Shown: positions 1 to 9,988 of the stretch, in pieces
Layout: each line of letters starts with the position of its first letter
How positions within the stretch are numbered: position 1 is the first letter of the stretch
Assembly: GCA_045648985.1 (NCBI GenBank)
Contig: JAZROZ010000027.1
Span: 80,326 to 144,325 of the forward strand
Length of the DNA: 64,000 nucleotides
Reading direction: 5' to 3'
Source: Clostridia bacterium
Lineage (GTDB): Bacteria > Bacillota > Clostridia > UBA1381 > UBA9506
Made by a program: the position numbers and the translations under genes
The notes under the pieces: generated by a model
What the model saw: the letters and a program-made list of their open reading frames with translations, nothing else
What the model was told of the DNA's origin: nothing
Database searches by the model: none

Positions 1-1535
1 ATATTGACATCATTGGTCAATTTGGTGTAGGCTTTTATTCTGCGTTTATGATTGCAGATAAAGTCACCGTTTTAACTAAAAAGTTTGGCACAGAAGATGC
101 TTTTATATGGGAATCATCGGGAGCTGACGGATATACTGTTAATAAGGCAGAAAAGGAAAAGGCAGGAACTGTCATCACTCTTTATTTAAAGGAGAACCTG
201 GAAGACGAAAACTATGACGAATTCTTAGAGGAGTATCGCCTGCAGGGTTTAGTTAAGAAATATTCTGACTATATCAGATATCCCATTAAAATGATGGTTT
301 CAAAAACGCGTCCTAAAGCCGACAACGAAAAGGAATATGAAACATATCAAGAAGAAGAAACCTTAAATTCAATGGTTCCTATCTGGAGGAAGAATAAATC
401 TGAGTTAAAAGACAGCGATTATGCTGATTTTTATAAAGAAAAGTTTTATGATTATGAAGACCCTGTTAAAACAATTCACACATCAGCTGACGGTGCGGTA
501 AGCTACAGAGCACTTTTGTTCATTCCCGCTCATGCTCCGTTTGATTATTTCACAAAGGAATATGAAAAGGGACTCTCACTTTATGCAAGTGGTGTTATGA
601 TAATGGACAAATGCGAGGAACTGCTTCCTGACTGCTTCGGATTTGTGAAAGGCTTGGTTGACTCTCAGGATTTATCTCTTAACATTTCAAGAGAAATTCT
701 GCAGCATGACAGACAGCTTAAGCTTATTGCAAGTCACTTAAAGAAGAAAATTAAAGCTGAGCTTTTATCAATGCAGAAAAATGACAGGGAATCTTATGAA
801 AAATTCTACAAGGCTTTTTCAAGACAGCTTAAGTTCGGTGTATATAACGAATTTGGCAGAGAAAAAGACTTTTTGTCTGACCTTTTGATGTTTGTATCTT
901 CAAAAGAGAAAAAGCTTGTGACTTTAACAGAATATGTTGAAAGAATGAAAGAAGAGCAGAAATATATCTACTATGCAAGCGGAACAGACGCAGAAAAAAT
1001 AGAAAGATTACCGCAGACGGAAATGGTTTTGGATAAAGGCTTTGAAATTCTTTATTTAACAGAAGATGTTGATGAATTTGCAGTGCAGATGCTTTCAAAA
1101 TTTATGGATAAAGAGTTTAAGTCGGTTTCTTCGGGAGATTTAGGCATAGAAGATGAAAAAACTGAAGAACCCGAGGGAAATAAAGAATTATTTGCATTTA
1201 TGAAAGAGACCCTTGGCGATAGAGTAAAAGAAGTAAGGGTATCGAAAATATTAAAAACACATTCAGTTTGCATAACAACAGACGGAGCACTTTCTTTGGA
1301 AATGGAAAAGCTCTTAAACTCCATGCCGACAGATAATAAAGTAAAGGCAGAAAGAGTGCTTGAAATAAATGCATCAAGCAGGGTTTATGATAAGCTTTTA
1401 GGGCTTTTGGCTGAAGATAAAGAAAAACTAAAAAAAGTGACAGAGCTTTTATATGGTGCTGCAATAATCGCACAAGGCATAATGCCTGACGATACTGTCT
1501 CCTTTGCAGACGGAATTTGTGATTTAATAGACTAA
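1..1535 (+). CDS. htpG: Molecular chaperone HtpG (Hsp90 family), 5' end cut by window edge
   Basis: Frame is open from position 3. It starts inside the conserved [12 protein letters not shown] motif, and the length and C-terminal dimerisation region match HtpG. Confidence 0.9.
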   Translation, partial: IDIIGQFGVGFYSAFMIADKVTVLTKKFGTEDAFIWESSGADGYTVNKAEKEKAGTVITLYLKENLEDENYDEFLEEYRLQGLVKKYSDYIRYPIKMMVSKTRPKADNEKEYETYQEEETLNSMVPIWRKNKSELKDSDYADFYKEKFYDYEDPVKTIHTSADGAVSYRALLFIPAHAPFDYFTKEYEKGLSLYASGVMIMDKCEELLPDCFGFVKGLVDSQDLSLNISREILQHDRQLKLIASHLKKKIKAELLSMQKNDRESYEKFYKAFSRQLKFGVYNEFGREKDFLSDLLMFVSSKEKKLVTLTEYVERMKEEQKYIYYASGTDAEKIERLPQTEMVLDKGFEILYLTEDVDEFAVQMLSKFMDKEFKSVSSGDLGIEDEKTEEPEGNKELFAFMKETLGDRVKEVRVSKILKTHSVCITTDGALSLEMEKLLNSMPTDNKVKAERVLEINASSRVYDKLLGLLAEDKEKLKKVTELLYGAAIIAQGIMPDDTVSFADGICDLID

Positions 1536-1571
1536 TAGCAAGGGATTATTAAAGATTAGGGGGAGCGTTTT

Positions 1572-4160
1572 ATGACGCCGATGATGAAGCAATATCTTGC
1601 CGTTAAGGAAGAATATAAAGATACAATACTGTTTTTCAGGCTGGGCGATTTTTATGAAATGTTTTTAGATGATGCCATTATTGCATCAAGAGAACTTGGA
1701 ATTACGCTTACAAGTCGCTCAAAGGGTGCCGAAAGAGATAAAAATCCAATGTGTGGTGTTCCGTATCATGCTGCTGATTCATATGTTTCAAAGCTTGTTG
1801 CTAAAGGATACAAAGTAGCAATCTGCGAGCAGATGGAAGATCCTGCATCAGTTAAAGGAATCGTAAGACGTGATGTTGTAAAGATTGTAACACCAGGAAC
1901 ACTTCAGGACACAAAGGCTTTAGATGATAAATCAAATAACTATCTTTGTGCAATATACAGAAGCGATGTTAAATACGGAGTTGCTTTTGCAGATATTACA
2001 ACGGGTGATGTTTTAGTAACGGAGTCTGAAAACACTCAAAAGCTGATAAACGAAATTGCAAGACATATGCCATCAGAGATAATTTTAAATGCCGTTGCTT
2101 TTTCAAATATTGCACTTATATCGGAAATAAAAAATCGTTTTTCGTGCCTTTGTGAGCAGACCAAGTTTGAGCCGCAATGGGAACATTCCGTGCAACTCAT
2201 TCTATCGAGAATGGAAAAAGAAAGGCTTTCCGATTTGGCTATGCCTGAAGACCTCCATATTGTAAATGCAACAGGTGAGCTTTTGACATATCTTGAAAGC
2301 ACACAAAAAGCCGTGCTTTCAAATTTAAAGCCCATTAATTATTATAGCGGCGACGAGTATATGGATATTGATATATTCACAAGACGCAACCTAGAGCTTA
2401 CTGAAACTATGCGTACTGCATCTAAAAAAGGTACACTTTTATCTGTTCTTGACAAAACAAAGACATCAATGGGTGCAAGGAAGTTAAAAGGCTTTATAGA
2501 AAAGCCACTTGTTAATTGTAATCACATACAAAAAAGGTTATATGCCGTTGATGAGTTAAGGGCAGGAGGAGAAATCCGCGAGGATTTAACAGAAACTTTA
2601 AAATCGGTAAGTGATATTGAACGTCTGACAGGAAAGGTTGCAACAAAAGCTGCGAAGAAAACAGACCTTATTTCACTTAAGCAGTCTATCCACTGCCTTC
2701 CTGTTGTTTTAGAAAAAATCGGCGGTCTTATGTCAGGATTATTTACAGAAATGTATAAAAATACGGACCCGCTTGAGGATATATATTCCCTTATTGATAA
2801 AGCGATTTATGAAGATAAAGAAGGCGAAGATTCAGACCGTATCATAAAAGAGGGATATTCCCCAGAGCTTGATGAATACTATAACCTTTTGACAAACGGT
2901 AAAGCTGCCGTTTTGGCTATGGAAGCAAGCGAAAAGGAAAAGACAGGAATCAAAACTTTAAAAGTAGCATACAACAAGGTGTTTGGCTACTATATTGAAG
3001 TTTCAAAATCATATAAGGATATGCTTCCTGAGGGATATATCAGAAAGCAGACAATAGCTAACGGAGAAAGATATATAACTCAGGAGCTAAAGGAACTGGA
3101 AGAAAAAATATTAGGTGCTGCGGATAATATAAAAACTTTAGAGAGCAGATTATTTGGAGAAGTTCGTGATAAAATAGCACAAAGCGCCACAAGGATTTTG
3201 AAAGCGGCAGATACTCTTGCTATGGTTGACGTTTTATGCTCTTTAGCAGACGTCGCAGTAAAGAATAATTACGTGATGCCGTGTGTTGATACGTCAGACA
3301 AGCTCATAATAAAAGACGGCAGGCATCCTGTTGTTGAAAAAATGCTGCAAGATGAGTTGTTTGTGCCAAATGACACATATTTGGACTGCGAAGATGACCG
3401 CCTGCTTATTATTACAGGACCTAATATGGCAGGTAAATCTACATATATGCGTCAAGTTGCGCTAATTGCTATTATGGCGCAAATTGGCAGCTTTGTGCCG
3501 GCATCTCAGTGTCATATCGGTATATGCGACAAGGTGTTTACCCGCGTTGGTGCATCGGATGACTTATCTGCAGGACAAAGTACATTTATGGTAGAAATGA
3601 CAGAGGTTTCAAATATTTTAAAAAATGCTACCAAGCGAAGCCTTTTAATTCTTGATGAAATAGGTAGAGGTACGAGCACGTATGATGGCCTTTCTATTGC
3701 GTGGTCTGTTTGCGAATATGTGGCAGACAAAAAGAAAATCGGTGCTAAAACACTTTTTGCAACTCATTATCACGAGCTTACAGAGCTTGAAGATAAGCTT
3801 TCAGGTGTTAAGAATTATTGTATTGCCTGCAAAAAACGTGGTGATGAAATTACATTTTTACGCCGTATCATAAAAGGCGGCGCTGATGAAAGCTACGGAA
3901 TAGAAGTTGCAGCCTTAGCAGGACTTCCGCCTAAGGTTATAAAACGTGCAAAAGAGATTTTAGAGGCTATTGACAGCGGTGAAAAAAATGAGATTAAAAT
4001 AAGCAATGCAACGATTAAAACGAAGGATATGCAGCTTGATTTTGGCGATATGCGAGAAAGCGAAATAGTAGCAGAGCTTGAAAAACTTGACCTTTCCACT
4101 TTAACTCCGATTGAAGCTTTAAACAAGCTTTATGAATTTCAGAAAATAGCAAAAAAATAG
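1572..4160 (+). CDS. mutS: DNA mismatch repair protein MutS
   Basis: N-terminal TPMMKQY..FFRLGDFYEMF mismatch-binding motif, Walker A GPNMAGKST, ILDEIGRGTSTYDG. SD GGGGGAG lies upstream of the ATG. Confidence 0.95.
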   Translation: MTPMMKQYLAVKEEYKDTILFFRLGDFYEMFLDDAIIASRELGITLTSRSKGAERDKNPMCGVPYHAADSYVSKLVAKGYKVAICEQMEDPASVKGIVRRDVVKIVTPGTLQDTKALDDKSNNYLCAIYRSDVKYGVAFADITTGDVLVTESENTQKLINEIARHMPSEIILNAVAFSNIALISEIKNRFSCLCEQTKFEPQWEHSVQLILSRMEKERLSDLAMPEDLHIVNATGELLTYLESTQKAVLSNLKPINYYSGDEYMDIDIFTRRNLELTETMRTASKKGTLLSVLDKTKTSMGARKLKGFIEKPLVNCNHIQKRLYAVDELRAGGEIREDLTETLKSVSDIERLTGKVATKAAKKTDLISLKQSIHCLPVVLEKIGGLMSGLFTEMYKNTDPLEDIYSLIDKAIYEDKEGEDSDRIIKEGYSPELDEYYNLLTNGKAAVLAMEASEKEKTGIKTLKVAYNKVFGYYIEVSKSYKDMLPEGYIRKQTIANGERYITQELKELEEKILGAADNIKTLESRLFGEVRDKIAQSATRILKAADTLAMVDVLCSLADVAVKNNYVMPCVDTSDKLIIKDGRHPVVEKMLQDELFVPNDTYLDCEDDRLLIITGPNMAGKSTYMRQVALIAIMAQIGSFVPASQCHIGICDKVFTRVGASDDLSAGQSTFMVEMTEVSNILKNATKRSLLILDEIGRGTSTYDGLSIAWSVCEYVADKKKIGAKTLFATHYHELTELEDKLSGVKNYCIACKKRGDEITFLRRIIKGGADESYGIEVAALAGLPPKVIKRAKEILEAIDSGEKNEIKISNATIKTKDMQLDFGDMRESEIVAELEKLDLSTLTPIEALNKLYEFQKIAKK

Positions 4161-4243
4161 TGTTCTAATTATCCCATAGCTTAAATAAAATATATCGTAG
4201 AGAAGATTATGAAAATAAGAATCCTGAAGGGAGAATTTACGAT

Positions 4244-4861
4244 ATGTTAAGCTGTTTAGAAGATAATGAAGCAAGGCTTTCGGGCACGGTAATATCTGAG
4301 CCTGAATTAAGCCATGAGGTACACGGGGAAAGGTTTTATAAATTTTTAATTTGTTCAAAGAGGTTAAGTGAAAATGAGGATATTTTGATTATAACGTTGC
4401 CTTTTAGCCTTTTAGAAAAAACAAATATAGAAAAAGGTGACAATTTGATTGTCTGCGGACAGTTCCGCTCATATAACAATTACAGCGGAATCGGAAACAA
4501 GCTTGTACTTACACTTTTTGCGCGCAGTATTGAAAAAGCAGACGAGGATGATGCGCCATTTAATGAGGTTTATTTAAATGGATATGTTTGTAAAGACATC
4601 ATTTTAAGGGTGACTCCCTTTGGAAGAGAGATTGCAGATGTCTTACTTGCGGTTAATCGTGCGTACAATAAATCTGATTACATACCATGCATAGCGTGGG
4701 GCAAAAATGCCAGACGATTAAAAGATGTCAAGGTTGGATGCAACTTAAAAATTTGGGGAAGAATGCAGTCAAGAGATTATGAAAAAAAGATAAGCGAGAC
4801 AGAAACAGAAACAAAAACTGCATATGAAATATCTATTAGCAGAGTGGAAATAGCTGAATAA
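4244..4861 (+). CDS. SSB-like protein with two tandem OB-fold halves (internal duplication)
   Basis: Residues ~10-95 and ~110-200 align to each other (LSGTV..GERF..GDNLIVCGQFRS versus LNGYV..GREI..GCNLKIWGRMQS). The pattern resembles SSB/PriB OB folds. Confidence 0.45.
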   Translation: MLSCLEDNEARLSGTVISEPELSHEVHGERFYKFLICSKRLSENEDILIITLPFSLLEKTNIEKGDNLIVCGQFRSYNNYSGIGNKLVLTLFARSIEKADEDDAPFNEVYLNGYVCKDIILRVTPFGREIADVLLAVNRAYNKSDYIPCIAWGKNARRLKDVKVGCNLKIWGRMQSRDYEKKISETETETKTAYEISISRVEIAE

Positions 4862-4862
4862 T

Positions 4863-4909
4863 AAAAGGAGCTGTAGCAAAATGAATTTCATTTTGCTACA
4901 GCTCCTTTT
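4863..4909. repeat. Long perfect hairpin, copy 1 of a 3-copy family; probable bidirectional terminator
   Basis: AAAAGGAGCTGTAGCAAAATGAA / TTCATTTTGCTACAGCTCCTTTT arms, A-run before and T-run after. Lies between convergent genes. Near-identical copies at 17010-17055 and 23162-23208. Confidence 0.75.
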
Positions 4910-4913
4910 TGTA

Positions 4914-5507
4914 TTAGTTATCAAATTTTTTCAAAACAAGTTCTTTTATGATTCTAACTGTTTCGTCTATTCCAATTCTGGATGTATTTATTGTGATGTC
5001 GTAGTTTGACAAATCATTCCAGGATTTTTCTGTAAAATATTTGTAGTAGGATGAACGTTGCTTATCAATCTTCTTTATATAATCTTCAGGCTTATCAGAA
5101 GCTAAGCCATATTGGTCTTTTGCTCTTTTGATGCGGTCATCCATATCGGCGCACAAAAAGACTTTAAGACAAGATGGATTATCAGCCAAAACGTTATCTG
5201 CGCACCTGCCTATAATGATACAGGGCTCATTCTGAGCAAGCTTTTTAATAATTCTTGACTGAGTCATAAAAATCTGGTCAGACAGCGGAAGCACCTGACT
5301 TGTCATATAGATGCTATAGAGAAAACTGTTGGTTTTCTTCTGTTCTGTTTCGGCAACGATTGCTTCTGCGAGGCCGCTTTCTTTTGCTGCTAAGGAAATC
5401 ATTTCCTTGTCATATACTTTAATTCCAAGTTCTATAGACAGCTTTTTTGCTATCTCTCCTGCTCCTGATGCATATTCTCTTGCGATAGTTATTACGTAGT
5501 TTTTCAT
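4914..5507 (-). CDS. Cytidylate kinase-like family P-loop protein
   Basis: N-terminal ITIAREYASGAGEIAKKLS..LGIKVYDKE pattern and ~200 aa length are typical of the cytidylate-kinase-like family. Called from recalled family features. Confidence 0.55.
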   Translation of the reverse strand: MKNYVITIAREYASGAGEIAKKLSIELGIKVYDKEMISLAAKESGLAEAIVAETEQKKTNSFLYSIYMTSQVLPLSDQIFMTQSRIIKKLAQNEPCIIIGRCADNVLADNPSCLKVFLCADMDDRIKRAKDQYGLASDKPEDYIKKIDKQRSSYYKYFTEKSWNDLSNYDITINTSRIGIDETVRIIKELVLKKFDN

Positions 5508-5580
5508 AAGCGTACCCCTTTCGTTTTTTTATGGTTTATACTTATATTTTATTATGAAAAGGGCAATTTGTCAATTATAA

Positions 5581-7506
5581 TTATTGTTTTGTAGTTTCTT
5601 CTAATTTTGTCTGCGTTTCTTCCCAAAGCTCATAAAGGGCGGAGAGTTGGTTGTTATTTTTCTCAATTTCTTCAGAAATTTCCGATATTTTAACGTAGTT
5701 GGTTGTGTTTTCGGGAAGCGAAAGCTTTTCTTCAAGCTCTCTAATTTGTTTTTCTGTTTCCGTTATCTTTTCTTCGGTTTTAGAAAGTGTATTTGTGAGT
5801 TTGCGAATGAGAGCCTCGTGCTCTTTTTTTTCCTTATAGCTTTGTGCAGACAGGCTTTTTTGCGGTGATTTATATGTTTCAAAAGAAGCATCTTTTACCG
5901 ATAGCTCTGCCTTTTTTTCTATATAATAATCATAGTTTCCGTGATAAGATGATACGTTTTGAGCCTCCATAGCAAGTATTCGGCTTGATAGCTTATTCAT
6001 AAAATATCTGTCGTGCGATACTGCTAAAATCGTGCCCCGATATGACATGAGAGCATCTTCAAGCATCTCTCTTGAGGCGATGTCCAGATGGTTTGTCGGC
6101 TCGTCTAAAAGTAAAAAGTTTGTGCCTGACATCATAAGCTTTAACAAAAGTATACGGGCGCGCTCTCCGCCTGATAAAGTATTTATAAGTTTAAAGACAT
6201 CGTCACCAAAAAAGAGGAAAGAGGCTAAGGCGTTTCTAATTTCGGTTTGTGTTTTTTTAGGAAATGAGTCTGCGATTTCTTCAAATATGGTCTTATCCTG
6301 AGATAAGCTGCCTTGCGTCTGGTCGTAGTAACCGATATCCACGCCCGTGCCAAGCTTTTTGGAGCCGCCTGTTTGCTCATATGTTCCATTTATAATTTTA
6401 AAAAGGGTGGTTTTACCGCATCCATTTGCACCCGTTAAGAAAATCTTTTCTCCTTTGCGAATGTGGATATTAACATTTGAAAAAAGAGGCTTTCCGGGAA
6501 AGGACATAGAAAGATTTTCACAAATGAAGACGTCATTTCCGCTCTCTGATTTTACAGAAAAGCCAAAACGAATAGTTTTTTCTTCGTCAGGTGGTTTTAT
6601 TAAGCCCTCTTTTAGCTTATCAACGGCTTTTTGCTTGCTTTCGGCACGCTTGACACTTTTTTCTTTATTCCAGCGCCTTTGTTCTGCAATTACAGCTTCT
6701 AAGCGCTCGATTTCTTTTTGCGTATTTTCGTATGTGCGCTCGAGTGCTTTTTCCCGCTCTTTTTTTATTTCCAAATGTCTTGTATAGTTGCCATCGAAAG
6801 CTGTAAGCGTCTGGTTTGATATTTCAAACGTTCTGGTTGTGACCTTATCTAAAAAATATCTGTCATGCGATATTATAATAACGGCACATTTTTGTTCCTT
6901 TAAAAAGTTTTCAAGCCATGTCGCTGATTCTAAATCAAGGTGATTTGTTGGCTCGTCAAGCATCAAAAGGTCTGCGCCATCTAGCAAAACTTTAGAAAGA
7001 CAGACTCTTGTTTTCTGTCCGCCCGATAAATCATTAAATTTCATTTCAAAATCGGATTCTAAAAAGCCCAGTCCCATTAAAGCTGCACGAACGCGGCTTT
7101 TATACGTGTAACCGCCCGCGTTTTCGTAATATTCTGAAAGGATGTGCTGCTTTTTTATCAGTTCTTCTGCGTTTTGGGGATTTTTCTCCAAAAGTGCGGA
7201 AATTGCAGCAAGCTCATCTTCTGTCTTTTTCAAATGACTGAACACAGACAGGACTTCTTCAAAAACTGTTTTATCAGATTTTAAGTTTGTTTGCTGCGCC
7301 AGGTAGGCAATACGTATATCCTTGTTTTTGAAAATATCACCTTTGGAGTCTATTTCATCAAGAAGAATTTTAAAAAGGGTGGTTTTACCGCATCCGTTTG
7401 AGCCAACTAAGCCTATTTTATCATTTTCTGCAACAGAAAAAGACACGTCCTTAAATAAAACGCGCTCCCCAAATGATTTTGATATTTTTGATACTGATAT
7501 AAGCAT
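5581..7506 (-). CDS. ABC-F family ATPase (two NBDs, no TM, C-terminal coiled coil)
   Basis: Walker A GSNGCGKTT and GANGCGKTT, signatures LSGGQ and LSGGE, LLLDEPTNHLD twice, and a lysine/glutamate-rich coiled-coil tail. Confidence 0.85.
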   Translation of the reverse strand: MLISVSKISKSFGERVLFKDVSFSVAENDKIGLVGSNGCGKTTLFKILLDEIDSKGDIFKNKDIRIAYLAQQTNLKSDKTVFEEVLSVFSHLKKTEDELAAISALLEKNPQNAEELIKKQHILSEYYENAGGYTYKSRVRAALMGLGFLESDFEMKFNDLSGGQKTRVCLSKVLLDGADLLMLDEPTNHLDLESATWLENFLKEQKCAVIIISHDRYFLDKVTTRTFEISNQTLTAFDGNYTRHLEIKKEREKALERTYENTQKEIERLEAVIAEQRRWNKEKSVKRAESKQKAVDKLKEGLIKPPDEEKTIRFGFSVKSESGNDVFICENLSMSFPGKPLFSNVNIHIRKGEKIFLTGANGCGKTTLFKIINGTYEQTGGSKKLGTGVDIGYYDQTQGSLSQDKTIFEEIADSFPKKTQTEIRNALASFLFFGDDVFKLINTLSGGERARILLLKLMMSGTNFLLLDEPTNHLDIASREMLEDALMSYRGTILAVSHDRYFMNKLSSRILAMEAQNVSSYHGNYDYYIEKKAELSVKDASFETYKSPQKSLSAQSYKEKKEHEALIRKLTNTLSKTEEKITETEKQIRELEEKLSLPENTTNYVKISEISEEIEKNNNQLSALYELWEETQTKLEETTKQ

Positions 7507-7530
7507 TTTCTCACCCTGAAAGATTGTTTT

Positions 7531-8148
7531 TTATTTGTCCATTTTTCGTTTTTTTATAAGTGACCAAAGAAGTATAATCACTTGACCAATAGTACCTAAA
7601 AGGTATATTAAAGAAACATTTATTTTAAAATATAAGCAAGTGATATGTATGGTTGCTAAGCTCGCCCACATTAGTGCTGAGATAATAAAGTAATTATGTC
7701 TTGGGTTAAACCATATTGTATTAAATATTAGTTTTACAATTAGAAATACAGGGCAGGCATATATAAAATACAACCATGCAAAATTGGATTGTTTTGTGAT
7801 TAATGTGGTAATAATAAATGCAAATAGTGCAAGAAAGAAAACAAAAGCTTCGCATATATATGAAACAGCCTTTCGGTTGTAATCAGGCTTCTTTTGCTTT
7901 TTTTCTTTAGAAGCTTCAATTATTTTTTCATTTATATTCTCGTCACGCACAAGTGCATCTAAAGATACACCAAAAAAATCTGCTATACGGCAGAGTACAG
8001 AAATATCAGGCAGTGATTCTCCGCGTTCCCATTTTGACACAGTTTTGTCAGAATAGTTTAGTTTTTCTGCAAGCTCTGATTGTGTCATATTATTTAGCTG
8101 TCTTAACTTTGTTATATTTTTTGATGCTGTTATCTTAATATCGTTCAT
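7531..8148 (-). CDS. Membrane-anchored XRE-family HTH transcriptional regulator
   Basis: N-terminal HTH_3 pattern (LRQLNNMTQSELAEKLNYSDKTVSKWERGESLPD) followed by about 4 hydrophobic helices. Confidence 0.7.
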   Translation of the reverse strand: MNDIKITASKNITKLRQLNNMTQSELAEKLNYSDKTVSKWERGESLPDISVLCRIADFFGVSLDALVRDENINEKIIEASKEKKQKKPDYNRKAVSYICEAFVFFLALFAFIITTLITKQSNFAWLYFIYACPVFLIVKLIFNTIWFNPRHNYFIISALMWASLATIHITCLYFKINVSLIYLLGTIGQVIILLWSLIKKRKMDK

Positions 8149-8389
8149 TTATATTCCTCCGTTATATAAACATTATACTTTAAAATCGTAAAAAATTCAA
8201 GTGCGGTAAAGGAGCGTTTTCAATATATTCTATGCACGGTAGAGTGGCACTCTACTAACAGGAGAGTGGAAAATTCGGGCAAGGGGTGGACTTTTTGTGC
8301 TAAGGCGTGGTATGTTTTACATAAAGAAACGAAAAAGGAAAGAAAAAATAAAATAAGAGAAGAAACGTAAAAGAAAGGAAACAAATAAG

Positions 8390-9226
8390 ATGAGAAAAAT
8401 AAAAATTGTTGCAGATTCATCTGCAAATATATCAGAACTTAAAGAGATTGAATTTGCATCTGCTCCACTTAAAATAGTTACAGATGAAAGAGAATTTATT
8501 GATAATAAAGAGCTTGACGTAGAAGAAATGGTAGATTTTTTTGATAGTTTCAAAGGGAAATCTCAAACGTCTTGCCCTAATGTTTCAGACTGGCTCGTAG
8601 CTTTTGGAGATAGCGATGATATATTCTGTGTCACAATAACAAGCGGTCTTTCAGGAAGCTTCAGCTCAGCTTGTGCTGCTAAACAAGTTTATGAGGCTGA
8701 TAATCCAGGAAAACGTGTTTTTGTGATAGACTCGCTTTCGGCAGGGCCTGAACTTGTCTTAATCATTGAAAAGCTTGAAGAATTTATTGGTGCGAATTTG
8801 CCTTACGAAATAATTTGTGAGAAAATTCAGGAATATACACAAAAAACAGGACTTTTGTTTGTGCTCCAATCGCTTAAAAACTTTGCTGCAAACGGGAGAG
8901 TTTCTCCCGCTATAGCAAAAATCACAGGACTTTTGGATATACGCATAGTCGGAAAAGCAAGCGATAAAGGGGATTTAGAGCCGTTAAACAAATGTAGAGG
9001 AGAAAGCGGTTCTCTAAAAGCTATTATATCGCATCTTAAAGAGTTTGGCTTATCCTGCGGAAAAGTGAAAATAACCCACTGCAGAAACAAGGCAGGTGCA
9101 GAGCGCTTAAAGAGAATGATACAAGCAAAAATAGTTAATGCCAAGGTAGAAATATCCGTGTGCAGAGGTCTTTGCAGTTATTACGCAGAAAAAGGCGGAA
9201 TGCTTGTTGCCTTTGAAAAAAAATAA
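8390..9226 (+). CDS. DegV family (fatty-acid-binding EDD fold) protein
   Basis: KIKIVADSSANI start, TSCPNVSDW and ITSGLSGSFSSA motifs, ~280 aa. Confidence 0.7.
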   Translation: MRKIKIVADSSANISELKEIEFASAPLKIVTDEREFIDNKELDVEEMVDFFDSFKGKSQTSCPNVSDWLVAFGDSDDIFCVTITSGLSGSFSSACAAKQVYEADNPGKRVFVIDSLSAGPELVLIIEKLEEFIGANLPYEIICEKIQEYTQKTGLLFVLQSLKNFAANGRVSPAIAKITGLLDIRIVGKASDKGDLEPLNKCRGESGSLKAIISHLKEFGLSCGKVKITHCRNKAGAERLKRMIQAKIVNAKVEISVCRGLCSYYAEKGGMLVAFEKK

Positions 9227-9239
9227 TGCAATATTAGAA

Positions 9240-9273
9240 AAAATGCCGTAATGCTGACGCATTTCGGCATTTT
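9240..9273. terminator. Hairpin terminator between convergent degV-like and RhaM-like genes
   Basis: AAAATGCCGTAATGC tgac GCATTTCGGCATTTT, a 15-bp stem with one T.T mismatch. Confidence 0.6.
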
Positions 9274-9279
9274 GGTGTT

Positions 9280-9918
9280 TTATAGTGAGAAAAAGATTTG
9301 TCTGAATTCTGTGTAGCCAGCTTCCGACATACAAAATTCTGTTTTTAGCTTAATAATAAAATCATCATTTAGAAGACTACCGACGTCTTCATTATACTGA
9401 CCGCCGTAATATTCATAATAAACGTATATATCATTATCAATTTGCGAGACAGTCAGCTTTCCTATATTGTGAGATATCAAAAGTTCAGAAAGTTTAGCCG
9501 GAAACTTTTTTATTGTGCTGCTGAATAAATCAATTTTATCTTGCCCTAAAGAAAAGCGATATACCTTTCTTTCTATGGCATTACGTTTGTTTCCCTCACC
9601 TTCAATATGAAGAATTTCGGTAAGTTCATCTTCGTATATTCCCTGCTCATGATAAAGGAAACAAGGTCTGACATTTTTTATCCATTCGTTATTTGCCTGC
9701 TTTAAATCCTCTTCTGCAAAGTTGCTTTCATCTGTACCGCTGTTTAAAATCTCTTCCATATAGTTATACAGTTCATTCTTATATATCCATATGGAATAGT
9801 TTCTTTTATCGGCACGACGCAGGATATCCATAATCTCGGGATATGGATTTAAGTGCAGATCAACATACTTATCTGTTTTTTCCGGTTTTAAATATGAGCG
9901 TGAAAGGTCTCTTGCCAT
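9280..9918 (-). CDS. L-rhamnose mutarotase (RhaM/DUF718)-like domain protein, possibly duplicated
   Basis: DLHLNPYPEIMDILRRADKRNYSIWIY resembles the RhaM HNPIWPE..NYAIY core. The C-terminal half has a similar beta-alpha-beta pattern. Confidence 0.4.
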   Translation of the reverse strand: MARDLSRSYLKPEKTDKYVDLHLNPYPEIMDILRRADKRNYSIWIYKNELYNYMEEILNSGTDESNFAEEDLKQANNEWIKNVRPCFLYHEQGIYEDELTEILHIEGEGNKRNAIERKVYRFSLGQDKIDLFSSTIKKFPAKLSELLISHNIGKLTVSQIDNDIYVYYEYYGGQYNEDVGSLLNDDFIIKLKTEFCMSEAGYTEFRQIFFSL

Positions 9919-9988
9919 TTTCTTTACTCCTGTTTAAGTTTTTTAAATTATTATATCATATTTTTGATATTTTGCAAGGGATAATATA

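Noticed and set aside
4867-4909. Each copy of the long hairpin contains AAGGAG followed about 10 nt later by ATG, giving mini-ORFs MNFILLQL.., MKFILIQL.. and MKSILLQL.., which could be a conserved micropeptide.
   Set aside because: The SD-ATG arrangement is a by-product of the palindrome and also reads out on the opposite strand. The peptides share only the hairpin-encoded residues, then diverge and stop after 14-43 codons. Copy 1 runs antisense into a real gene.
8149-8320. A possible riboswitch or leader RNA upstream of the DegV gene (hairpin GTAGAGTG/ACTCTAC and G-rich segment).
   Set aside because: There is no match to any riboswitch core I can recall. A single short hairpin is insufficient.
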